From a virus, in IMG/VR virus record IMGVR_UViG_3300042402_003259, positions 1-64,000 of that record: 64,000 nucleotides of DNA; one strand, written 5' to 3'. The position numbers and the translations under genes are program-made. Positions 1 to 10,332 of the stretch are shown piece by piece. Position 1 is the stretch's first letter. Each line of letters starts with the position of its first letter. A model generated the notes under the pieces. That model saw only the letters and a program-made list of their open reading frames with translations, did no database searches and was not told the origin of the DNA.

Positions 1-217
1 CTAGTTCTACGCCCACGATTTTATCGCTGCTGTAAGTAACGCAGCCTTGCGAAGCGTATTTGAGTTTATGGCTACCTGTTTTACTATTCCAATCAACGAC
101 AACAGCAACAAAGCCATTCTCCATTTCGTAAGCGTCAAGAATCTTTGCGCCGAAACCAATTTTGGTGAGGTGGTCCACTTCATCGTCCATCAAACTGAAC
201 TCTAAGTATGCTCTCAT
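1..217 (-). CDS. hypothetical protein (runs off window start)
   Basis: ATG at 217 (MRAYLEFSLMDDEV...), open to window edge, preceded by a TTGACG-N17-CATACT promoter. Confidence 0.6.
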   Translation of the reverse strand, partial: MRAYLEFSLMDDEVDHLTKIGFGAKILDAYEMENGFVAVVVDWNSKTGSHKLKYASQGCVTYSSDKIVGVEL

Positions 218-247
218 GTGGGCAGTATGGCAGAAATTTGCGAGTCG

Positions 248-580
248 TCAAGCGATATCTTTGACTGTTACTTGGCAATTCAAGAAATCTTTTTTATTTA
301 AGATAAACGTCTGCTCTTTGATATAAATATATTCGCTACTTTTATCATTCAATTGTTTGTAAATATCATCCACTATCAATTGCAGATCTTCTTTGATCTT
401 TTTTGAATTCTTATTCATCTCTTCGTCACTATTAGCTTTAACTTCGTAACGATAATAGCTAGTATAGGCTTTATCGTTTTGAAGATAAGAAATATCTAAA
501 CTAATTTGTTTATTTTTTGTAAGTGCATAAGCTGGAGCAGCCATAGCTGCGATTTTTGGGCTTTTTTTATTGAAGAACAT
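248..580 (-). CDS. hypothetical protein
   Basis: 110-aa ORF tightly packed (TAA-T-ATG junction). Confidence 0.7.
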   Translation of the reverse strand: MFFNKKSPKIAAMAAPAYALTKNKQISLDISYLQNDKAYTSYYRYEVKANSDEEMNKNSKKIKEDLQLIVDDIYKQLNDKSSEYIYIKEQTFILNKKDFLNCQVTVKDIA

Positions 581-581
581 A

Positions 582-1007
582 TTACTTCTTAGTTACATAT
601 TCAAGGATATAAACTCGGGGAGCGAGTTTAATTTTAATGATTGTTTCGATGTTATCTTTGATAGGTATCATTGAGGCGACTGCTAAACCGATACAAAGTA
701 CAAGAGTAAGTGAATAAATTACAACTTCAGGTTCATAAGATTCTAGCTTTTCGAGCTTTTTCTTGAGCCAAATAATTGCGCCCAAAAGGATAATAACCCC
801 AATACTATAAAAAATACAATTAAATATCGCGTCTCCCATCTTCCAAGATAGAAACTCTTGGACAACAATCGGGGCTTGCTCCATAGCAAAGTCAACGGCT
901 TTTGCCAAGCCAACTTTACTTGTTGCGTACATTTCAGATCCAGCATCTTTGACTCCTTTGAGGACATCAATAAGAATACTATTTACGGTTTCTTGGGTGT
1001 TTGTCAT
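582..1007 (-). CDS. hypothetical membrane protein (2 TM)
   Basis: Two hydrophobic segments; C-terminal APRVYILEY. Confidence 0.75.
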   Translation of the reverse strand: MTNTQETVNSILIDVLKGVKDAGSEMYATSKVGLAKAVDFAMEQAPIVVQEFLSWKMGDAIFNCIFYSIGVIILLGAIIWLKKKLEKLESYEPEVVIYSLTLVLCIGLAVASMIPIKDNIETIIKIKLAPRVYILEYVTKK

Positions 1008-1127
1008 TTTTAAGTTTTTTCTTTGCGATTTCGGATAATGGAAGAGTCTTTTCTAACTGTCGAAGGGCAGTATGATCGTCTTTCAGGGCGTTGTCAAGGC
1101 GATCTTGCAGGGTTGCGAGCTTATTTT

Positions 1128-2318
1128 TCAAGGCTTTTGCAGTTTATAATCAGGTATTTGCCCAGCCATCCAAAAAAAATCCTCTTCAAAAGAATAATAA
1201 AAAGTCTGCTCAGTAACAGGATTGTATGCTTCAATTACGATTCTGTCATTAATTTCGCGCTGTTTGCCACGAAACTCATATTGAGGGTATTTGATTTTTA
1301 ATTCTTCAGGAGCGTGAATGTTCATTTGTCTTTTTATAATTAAATACTATTCTGGCGTTTACAAAATCGCTTTTCTTTTGATATTTTTACATAGTGCTGC
1401 TCAGGAAGCAGTCTTTCAATCTTTGATGTTTCAGATTCCGAGGGTTTTTCTTGAATATATTTAGTATGTTCATATATTGTAATATTCTTTTGCTCTGTTA
1501 TATTCTTCTGTATCAAGTATATTATTATCTTTATCTACTTTGACAAAGAAGTTAATGACTCAATTTTTTCAAGATGTTGGTACATTTTTGCGTATTGATG
1601 TACTTCTTTCGATTTATTTGACAAAAATTGAAAATATCCGTCACTAGTCAAAGTTCTTGAATCTCTAAGAGTAAACAAATCTAGCCGCCATTGAATGCAA
1701 TCATTTTTGGGTTGACATGATCTGTAATATCGGTCTTTATGGTATGATGCCCATTTTGCAGATCCATCATTTATCCCTTGAGGGCATTGATCAATTGCAG
1801 ATTGCATATCTTTAATAAAGATATCAATATCCACATTTAGTAGATACTCTTGCATTGCTTTTTTCATATTAGTATACATAATCTGTATGATTGCACTTGT
1901 TACAGTTCACACTTCGTTTAGGAGGATATGTCAACAGCATAGAAGTTAATCCAGCAGTATAATACAATTCTTCTCCACACTTTGGACAAGCAAAGCCAGA
2001 ATTAAGATTATTGATTGCGGCAAAATTAATATATGCTTGTTTATTATGCTCCTCCAAAGATTTCAAATTCTTTTTTGGAACTTCTGTTTGCTTTTTAACA
2101 CATTCTTCAACTTTAAGCAATCTACTATTTAAGAGCGCGATTCTGTTATGAGCGCACTGTAGCGTTTCTTGAAATCTATAACCTTCTCGCTTCTCTGTAA
2201 TTGTAGGGCTTCCTCCTTTATCATCACTATAATAAGATCCACACCCAAAAAGAGAATGATATCCACCTTTTATTTCATGTGCGCCGCAATTTGGGCAGGT
2301 TTTAATATTGTTACTCAT
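1128..2318 (-). other. cluster of small hypothetical CDSs (1128-1325, 1535-1879, 1869-2318 with Zn-ribbon CxxC motifs)
   Basis: Co-oriented ORFs; CPNC/CPKC/CNKC motifs in 1869-2318. Confidence 0.65.
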
Positions 2319-2595
2319 ATTACTTCAATATAATAATTCTTACTTTAGCTACCTTTGTTTTCGAGTTGGTTAAAAAGTATCTAGTATTTGATTTTTCTGT
2401 GCTGATATTAGTATTCATTTTATTTATAATATGATTAGTTTAGTATATATTCACCCACTTCAGAATCAAATTTGGCATCATCGAAATAAAACAATGGTAC
2501 AGATGGCAATATAACAATATCATCAGTAGTTACATTGTATCCGTGACTCACCATTTTGGTATTTGTTTCTTTATCAAGATAAGTGATTAGAACAA

Positions 2596-3012
2596 TCATT
2601 TTAATAGTTCTGGATTTTCCAATATATTGCCAATAATGACGGACTCAAATGCTACATCACAATTTAGATTTGTGATTTTATAATCTTGGCCTCGCCGTTT
2701 CCACTGAAAGATATAACCGCCGTAGTCAGATTCATATAATACTTGTCCAATTATATTATTACTTACATCATAATGATTTTTTAAGATATCACCCTCGTAA
2801 ATAGGGTCATCATTGCTATCAGTTAAGCCAGTATATTGTTGAGTGACAAAATTATCGTGTTTCAATAGCTCAGACAAACCAACCAAATTAGCCTCCCCGG
2901 TTATCTCCTCACCATCTAAACTATAAGGAATATGCCAATAATAGATGCCTAGTTCTTGAAGATATTGGTTTGTGATTTTATCCCACACTCTAAATTTAAA
3001 GCGGTTATTCAT
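2596..3012 (-). CDS. YopX family protein
   Basis: KFRVWD...QQYTGLTD...IYEGDI...IIGNILENPELL; start moved to ATG 3012. Confidence 0.9.
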   Translation of the reverse strand: MNNRFKFRVWDKITNQYLQELGIYYWHIPYSLDGEEITGEANLVGLSELLKHDNFVTQQYTGLTDSNDDPIYEGDILKNHYDVSNNIIGQVLYESDYGGYIFQWKRRGQDYKITNLNCDVAFESVIIGNILENPELLK

Positions 3013-3013
3013 A

Positions 3014-3364
3014 TTAGTTTGGTAATTCTGGATTTTCAAAGATGTTGCCAATTACTTCTCCGTGGGTACCAACATGCACCAAAGAAGTCCATCCTCCATT
3101 ATGGTATTTCAATCCCATATATTTATCCCACTTTACCACAAGATTAGCATTTAACTCGCCAAATTTTAAATGAATAATATCACCCTCGTAAATTTCTTTA
3201 CCATTTTTATCAGTTAATCCGGTATATTGCATCAATTCATAACCGGGATAATCTACAAAGTCTTGCCAGAAATGATGTAATTGAGCATCATATAACATAT
3301 TCTTAGTAGACATTCCTTTGGTTTCTCGTTTATCCCATACTCTAAATTTAATTGGTCTGTTCAT
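3014..3364 (-). CDS. YopX family protein
   Basis: KFRVWD...MQYTGLTDKNGKEIYEGDI...EVIGNIFENPEL. Confidence 0.92.
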   Translation of the reverse strand: MNRPIKFRVWDKRETKGMSTKNMLYDAQLHHFWQDFVDYPGYELMQYTGLTDKNGKEIYEGDIIHLKFGELNANLVVKWDKYMGLKYHNGGWTSLVHVGTHGEVIGNIFENPELPN

Positions 3365-3555
3365 ATTAGTTTAAATATAATAGCTCCTTAATGCAAGTCC
3401 AATTGTTTTGTGATTGCCAATCTTCAGGCTTAGATTTGCGCTTTCTTTTACATGTAAAAATTAATTTATTAAATATATAACAACGAATCGTTATGTAATA
3501 ATTATTACTTAAATCGTGATAGCTAGATGAAAGTAGTTTGAACATATTAGTTTGA

Positions 3556-3921
3556 TACTTTACCACACACTTTATAGAAAGTCAATCTTAATTTCTGAGA
3601 TATAACTGTCACCATCCCGAACCGCAATAATATTAGGCAAGTCTTTTTCAAAATCAAACTCTGGATTTTCCTCCCATTGTCCATAACCTTTTCCAGCAGG
3701 AGTTCTCCATTTTTCAATTTTAATTGGCGCACCATATTTATTCACTTTATTCAAAGTATATGAACACACTTTTATATTTTCTTTTTGAATTACATCTTTG
3801 ATAGATTTAGCGGCATAATAATTATTCAAGTGAACATCATTACTCCAATCTTTTGAAGCATCAGAAGAAGAATAGGACGCATTAAAATATTTCATAATCT
3901 TACTTTACCACACACTTTATA
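3556..3921. repeat. 21-bp direct repeat (tactttaccacacactttata at 3556-3576 and 3901-3921), a duplicated sigma70-like promoter flanking CDS 3572-3895
   Basis: Identical 21-mers; on the minus strand each reads TTGACT-N17(…TGTGG)-TAAAGT. Confidence 0.85.
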
Positions 3922-4812
3922 ACAAGTCAAGTTTTTTCTGAAATGCGCTATTTTTATCTCGCCAATGAAGATCTGGAATGCCTCGTTTATCTGCCACAAA
4001 TTGAGACACGCCATCCCATTGTTTTTCTTTATACAATTCATACAACTTTGGCAATTCATTATAAGTAATAGACTCAGCATCTGAAGCGGGAACAAAGTAA
4101 TCATTGATTAAAATATACAATCCCAAACACTCTTTTTGAGTGCATCTATCAATTGCTGATGTTACAAACAATACACCTTCATCCAATAGGTAAGCAGCCA
4201 TACTTTCATAGTCTGGTTCCATCTTGCCATAGATGTCATAATAATATGTGCGGGTATCAGTCATATTTACTATTTTTATTTATAGTGGCACTTGAACAAT
4301 AATTAATTTCGCCGCACAATTTGCATATATTTATAGTACCTGTATGTACACAAGTAGATCTCCACTCAGAAGATTCGATGCCAGTCTTTCTAATTCTTAC
4401 TTGCACACGGATTTTATGTTTACAACTATTTTTCATTTGGATATCAACCTTGAATACACCTGATATTATCTTCAAACTTTTTTTGTCTTGCTTCTGCCTC
4501 GGCAGTAGTAGTTGGAGGATCTAATGGCTTAGGCCAAGGAATATCTTTTTCATCATCCACAATAGTCATATCAAATTCATCAATACCGCACAATTCGCCG
4601 TCTTCTCGTTCTTCACCTAGTTTATATCCTAACTTTAGTTCATAGTCGTGTTCGCATACACGGATACCTCTAACCAAGATACTGCCTGATTTAAGCCATT
4701 TATTGTATGACTCAAGCGTAATTCGTTTGCCATATTCATCATAATCAAACGCTTCTGTTCCAGCCTTAAACCAAGTATCAGGCTTGGCAATCAATTTAAC
4801 ATATTTAGTCAT
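3572..4812 (-). other. small hypothetical CDSs 3572-3895, 3917-4264, 4444-4812
   Basis: Co-oriented, tightly packed ORFs. Confidence 0.65.
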
Positions 4813-4818
4813 ATTATT

Positions 4819-4980
4819 TTATAAATCAAAACTTCTGGAATAACCATCCAATGCAGAACTATATCCACTAAACCAATAAAGCTCTTCATCTGAATCTTCT
4901 GGATATGGACATTTTGTTCCGTTATCGTTATATCCAGCTTTATATCCCTCATCAAATGCTTCGTTTTCTTTTGGGGTCAT
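4819..4980 (-). CDS. ribosome modulation factor (RMF)-like small protein, 53 aa
   Basis: Hand translation (below ORF-track cutoff): MTPKENEAFDEGYKAGYNDNGTKCPYPEDSDEELYWFSGY...; matches the RMF pattern A.xxGYxAG...CPY...WxxG(W/Y). Confidence 0.65.
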   Translation of the reverse strand: MTPKENEAFDEGYKAGYNDNGTKCPYPEDSDEELYWFSGYSSALDGYSRSFDL

Positions 4981-5201
4981 CATTGTGGTAACATTTTAAT
5001 ACGATTGTATTTTATATCTATATTGACACTAAACACTAATAGCCCCAATGTCAAGCGTAAACAGGCATAAGTATGTTTGTCAATTGCTTCAATATCATAG
5101 ATAATCTTTGGAAATTGAAGTCTGATTCCTAAAAATAATCCGCCGCCATTTCTACAATGCCATTGCGGATATATACTTAAATATTTTGTATGCATATTCA
5201 A
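4980..5201 (-). CDS. hypothetical protein, paralog of 8756-9049
   Basis: Shared TKY(L/I)xIYPxWH...LG..F and LG(L/M)LV(F/L)S motifs. Confidence 0.65.
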   Translation of the reverse strand: MNMHTKYLSIYPQWHCRNGGGLFLGIRLQFPKIIYDIEAIDKHTYACLRLTLGLLVFSVNIDIKYNRIKMLPQ

Positions 5202-5315
5202 TATTGAGCAGTGTCACTTACTTTTTTAATAAGCCTCATTCTTAGACATTTTGGCAAAATCAAATGTTTAAGTAACCACGCATAGAAGATATGTTTTTTT
5301 GTTTGTCGAATCACG

Positions 5316-5672
5316 CTATTCTTTCCATTTACCGATTGTTTTTACAAACGCCTTTGCGCGTTGGGCTGCGGTGGAGTGCATATTATCTTGACATACAACC
5401 CACTTTCCTCTGTCTGGATTTCGCTGCAACACATCCTGCAAATTAAGCATATATTCAAGCCACTGATCATCATCAAGAAGCCTCTCCGCTTCGCGCATTA
5501 AATTCAAATCATTACAATAATCAGGAACATATTGATCTACCGTATAAGATACAATCTTTCCATTTTTAAAAAAAGGACGCTTTCCAATGATCTGTTTACA
5601 ATCAGAAAAAGAACTAAACTCTTTCCAGCCAAGATATTTGGCAATAGCTTTATTAATTTTTCGGTTAGTCAT
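5316..5672 (-). CDS. phage ABA-sandwich-like hypothetical protein
   Basis: INKAIA..LGW / PDYCNDL / TAAQRAKAF pattern. Confidence 0.55.
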   Translation of the reverse strand: MTNRKINKAIAKYLGWKEFSSFSDCKQIIGKRPFFKNGKIVSYTVDQYVPDYCNDLNLMREAERLLDDDQWLEYMLNLQDVLQRNPDRGKWVVCQDNMHSTAAQRAKAFVKTIGKWKE

Positions 5673-5673
5673 A

Positions 5674-7641
5674 TTATTTAATTATACATTTTGTCTTGCC
5701 TGAATTTTTAACTATCTCAATGGAATTGCATTTTCCTTTTATTACCAATCTTGGTTGATCTTTTTTATTATGAGAAAATGTATTCACATTGCATTCTATT
5801 GCATCTACAATATAGCAGGTTTTGTTATAATGAACGGTTAATTTAGGCGTTTTATATTTTGCAGTCGCTGGTTTGTTGTAATGATACCAAAATACACGCA
5901 TATCAATCTTCTCTCACATTTTCTACTTTAGTTGTAGTTTTTTCATAGGAACCATTTTTTGTATATTGATAACCTACTACAGAAATTGATATAAATCCTG
6001 TATTCTGGCTCACAGAAAAAATAGGATGATCTATGATTATACTTTTAATTGGATCATCTACGGTCATAAATTCAAATATCCCGTCGTAAAAACCCATACG
6101 ATAACACTCTTTTGTTACATATTTATCAGTGTCAAAATCGTAATATGATACTTTGAATTTCATATTGAATCAATAGACTTTCTTGGCTTGTGGATTCTCA
6201 TGATTACGCCACTGAAACTAGGTATTATTTCCCGCTTGTCGCCTCGGGGTAATTTTGCAGTAATAGAATCTACATATTCCCACATCTTTTCAAAGTTTTT
6301 TAAATGATAATAGTCATTTATGATATCTGATTGTTTGTCGGTGAATTTATGGTCTATGTAATTGACAAAATTAACAACCTCTGGCAATGGTTCATCACTC
6401 GACTTCAGCGGACCATGAAAATCAACAGTGTCGCCATAATAGCCGCCATTTCTCTTCACCGCAAGAACTTCTTCAAAAGTTTTTTTAATCTCAAAAGCGA
6501 TTTTACCATTACCAATTTCCGGTGAATTAAAACCATAATTACAACCTTTTTTTGCAAGCTCTGGCAAAGCCATGACTTTTACAATCTTTTCAATAGCATG
6601 ACTCTGGTCATAGGTTAATTTATATTCATAAGCAATATCAAGTGCCATGCTAATCTGACCAGACTTTAACCTATAATAAGCCTCAAGCGCAGTATTAATA
6701 ACAGAAAGGTGAGCATCTGTTAGCTTGACAACATTTATATTGTCTTTTTCTTTTTTAGAAGTTTTTTTGCTCATAACTTAATCTTTGATTGAAGTAAAAC
6801 CAAAAGTCAAAAACATAAACCCAATGCTTCCAATAAAAAAAGCCGTAACATGAAGCTTTGTCAAGTCCCAAAGAAGCCCAGCCGACAGCATTAATAAAAA
6901 TCCAATAACAATTTTTGATTTCATGATTTATTCTCCTTACTTGGCGATTCTACTCGGCTCCTTCCAAGAGCTTCTCTTGCGTCATCACGCAAACATTTAT
7001 TAATAGTATATCCTAAATCTTCAGGATCTAAAAACCTATTAACAAAAGCTTCTAATTGTTCAATGCGGGGCTTTAATATATCAACATTTTTTTCAAGTAA
7101 TTGCAAATATGCAAGGCGTATTTCAGCGAGTTGCCTCCAATAACATACATCGCATAATTCTTTTTCTGTTCCATCTCGCCCATGAGAATGATGGTTAATT
7201 GCGTATGAAAAGCAGCGTTTACAAGAAATCATTGCTTATCCTCCATAGATTGTATAATTTCATACAATTCATCTTTAACGCGCCATGTATTCGTCGCCTC
7301 AAGAAGTCCTCCATCAGACGAATTTCTTGCCTCGCATGATTTCTCAGCAATTCTAGCGTCGATATATTCTAAGAGTTTGTCGATAAGTTTTTCAGTCATA
7401 GTTCGCCTTCTTTTTTTAGTTCAATCATCTCGACTTTCATGCTCTGATCTATTTCATTCGCATGGTTACAGCAGAGAAACCATTGAGAGCTTATAGTTAC
7501 ATGGGACGCTCTTTTTAGGCAATGTTTGCCGTCTGATACCCAGTTGCAGAGTGCGCGACCAGAGTTGTCCACAATGGCAGGGAATACGCTACAATCATCG
7601 TTCAGAAATAGTTGCGGCTTCATTTGTGGCGTATTGCTCAC
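5674..7641 (-). other. hypothetical CDSs 5674-5901, 5903-6163, 6160-6774, 6921-7232, 7396-7641
   Basis: Co-oriented ORFs with coupled stop/start. Confidence 0.65.
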
Positions 7642-8511
7642 GGTTTGCCCTTCTTAGCTCTTGTCCATTCACTAGCTATTTCCATATCACAACCAATACG
7701 ATTTTTAGACATTAACCAATTGTGCATTTTGTCGCCAGCTTTTTCTAGTCGATTGATGCGTTTATTCGCTGCATCACGCTGCTTCATCAGTAATTCAATC
7801 TCACGCCTACGACAGCCATCAGATTGATTAACCCTTTTCCAATCATTAGTCAACCTGATATCTTGCATTGTCTTGCATTCGTAAGTGGCAAATCCCCCAT
7901 CTGATGACCTTAGCGGGTTTCCGCCATGAATCATAATTAATGAATCGCAAAACGGGCATTTATTTGGAACTCGTTTCACGCCTTGGCCTCCTTGGCTTTG
8001 ATGGCGATTGACTCAATCTTGCCAAGCGTCAGTGATTGACCCGCTCCTAGTGGATGACTTGCTGCGTAGGCGATTTCAGCCAATGCCTCCTCCAGTCGCT
8101 TGATGCGCTCATTGGCCTCACGAAGTTCCTCCCTAGCCAAGCGAATGTCTTTTAGAGCGCGTTGGTACGGGTCAGGTTCTATGGATACAGGTGTCACGGC
8201 TTGGCCTCCTTAGCTCTTTTCCATCTTTCCAGAGCTTCATCTCTCGTTAGACTGTTGAATAAAGAATCTCCGCACTCCTCAAGAGTTTCAACGTAGTCTT
8301 CCAACCGCTTGATGCGATTATTTGCTTTTTCTAATTCTTTTTCAAGAATATGTACTTTATTTTCTGCAAAAACTTCGTTTACTGTAGCAACATTTAATTC
8401 AACTTCAAGTTGCACAGAAAGCTCAACCATGAGTTTCGCAAGCTCTTGGGCATCATAAGCTTTTTTCCAAGTTGCGTGTGTTCTTGGAGCTTTTGTCGCG
8501 TCAATATCCAT
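7638..8511 (-). other. three tandem small coiled-coil CDSs (7638-7979, 7976-8197, 8194-8511) sharing a C-terminal module
   Basis: ANxRIxRLE motif and AKxxK(P/A) ends in all three. Confidence 0.7.
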
Positions 8512-9049
8512 TTTGATTCACGATCTTCGCCCCGAAACCGAAGAAAGTCAAGGAAAAATGCCAATAACCTTCTCGGTCATTTAAATAATAAATTTCTGTC
8601 GGGAAACTCATTTTAAATCCTGAATAGTATTGATCAGTCCATTCATTAAACGCATCGATTTTACCTAAGCTTGGAAAATGCAGTTCAATAAATAAAAATT
8701 TAAAATTCTTTTCGTCTTTTATGATGTTTATTTTCATGTTTAAATAATAACTTCTTTACCAAGGTAACCATGTTTTTTTAACATTAGGATGAGGATGAAC
8801 ATATAAATCGCCATTTTTATATTTTTTAAACTTGTAATTAACTATCACATGAATAGATAAAACAAGCATTCCTATATTTATATGAAATTTATTAAAGATT
8901 TCAGGAGACTTTGGAGAAGAAATAATATTGTGTGGTTTTGAAACGAATTCAAATCCCAATAACACTCCATGCACAGTGTTAAAATGCCATCTAGGATATA
9001 TAATTATATATTTAGTGCTTATGTATCCTTTAGTTATTTCAATTTTCAT
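8501..9049 (-). other. hypothetical CDSs 8501-8737 and 8756-9049
   Basis: Co-oriented ORFs. Confidence 0.65.
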
Positions 9050-9112
9050 TATTTTATATTAGATTGCTTTTTATGTCAGTATAAACAGTATACTATCTAC
9101 GCCCAAAAATGG

Positions 9113-9541
9113 TTACTGTTTTAATATTAATTTAGAAGAAGGACTAAATTTAAGAAACGGGCAATCTGTGGCCCAACCATCACAAGTCAAACACTCCCCG
9201 TTGTGATCGAAGCTTTTGGGCTTATGGCACGGCCACTCATTCAAGTTCCCAAGAACTTCAATAGTTATCAATCTCCAATAATCCCATTGATAACCTCTTT
9301 CATTGTGCCAAGTTACAGGCAATATTTCTTCTTTAAAGCCAGCGGGGCCAAAATCAAATAATCCACGAATAACGTCGCCTTCGTAAATGGGTTTGCCGTA
9401 TTTATCTTTCATTCCAGTGTATTGCTGGATTGGATATTCGTCACTAGTTAAATATCTATCAGAATAATCAAAGTCATTAAGCCCAAAATATACATATTTA
9501 CTAAACTCTGGTATATATACTCGGTATTTTAGTTCTCTCAT
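9113..9541 (-). CDS. YopX family protein
   Basis: MRELKYRV...QQYTGMKDKYGKPIYEGDV...EVLGN. Confidence 0.9.
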   Translation of the reverse strand: MRELKYRVYIPEFSKYVYFGLNDFDYSDRYLTSDEYPIQQYTGMKDKYGKPIYEGDVIRGLFDFGPAGFKEEILPVTWHNERGYQWDYWRLITIEVLGNLNEWPCHKPKSFDHNGECLTCDGWATDCPFLKFSPSSKLILKQ

Positions 9542-9542
9542 A

Positions 9543-9956
9543 TTATTTTAATAGCTCTGGATTCTCAAATACATTGCCAATTACTTCGCAATCAGATTGA
9601 ATTGCATTACCTCTAAACTTTGTATTTTGATTTTTAGCGGGTATTGTTTTATATCCAGCATATAAAATATCATCAGAATACTCTTTATATACAACTATTC
9701 CAATATACTCATATCCAATTTTATCGCCCCAATCTTCAAAATGATGTTCTTTAATGATATCGCCTTCATAAATATGATTTCCTTTTGAGTCAGTTAATCC
9801 AGTATATTGTTGTAATATGAACGGATCTTTTTCTCTTGACGCAATCAAACATCTCAATTCACCATTAAAATCAAGCCCGAAATTTCTATCAAGTTCTCTC
9901 TTTGGGACATATTCATTTAATTTAACATCCCAGACTCTAAATTTTAATTCTCTCAT
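9543..9956 (-). CDS. YopX family protein
   Basis: MRELKFRVWD...QQYTGLTD...IYEGDI...EVIGNVFENPELL. Confidence 0.92.
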   Translation of the reverse strand: MRELKFRVWDVKLNEYVPKRELDRNFGLDFNGELRCLIASREKDPFILQQYTGLTDSKGNHIYEGDIIKEHHFEDWGDKIGYEYIGIVVYKEYSDDILYAGYKTIPAKNQNTKFRGNAIQSDCEVIGNVFENPELLK

Positions 9957-9957
9957 A

Positions 9958-10332
9958 TTAGTTTAATAGTTCTGAATGTTCAAAGATGTTGCCGACAACT
10001 TTCATAATATTAAAGCTTGCACAATCATCGTCAATTACTTTAAAGAACCAATTTGGTTTTATTTCTTTTAGTTTGTATTTTCGGTCCCAGTATATTTCAT
10101 ACAATCCACAATGATTATCTTTGACATCTTTGGCTTTATCATTTGCTGCTGTATGTAGCTCAACTATGTCGCCGCAATAAATTTCTTTGCCATCTTTGTC
10201 TTTCAGTCCTATATATTCTTGCGGCTCACTTACGCCGCCAGCGATACCTTGAGGTACTCCTTCGTACACATCAAAGTAAATAAAATACTTAGAAACAAAA
10301 GAATAGATTCTGAATTTATGTTCACGGCTCAT
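9958..10332 (-). CDS. YopX family protein
   Basis: REHKFR...EYIGLKDKDGKEIYCGDIV...VVGNIFE. Confidence 0.9.
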   Translation of the reverse strand: MSREHKFRIYSFVSKYFIYFDVYEGVPQGIAGGVSEPQEYIGLKDKDGKEIYCGDIVELHTAANDKAKDVKDNHCGLYEIYWDRKYKLKEIKPNWFFKVIDDDCASFNIMKVVGNIFEHSELLN

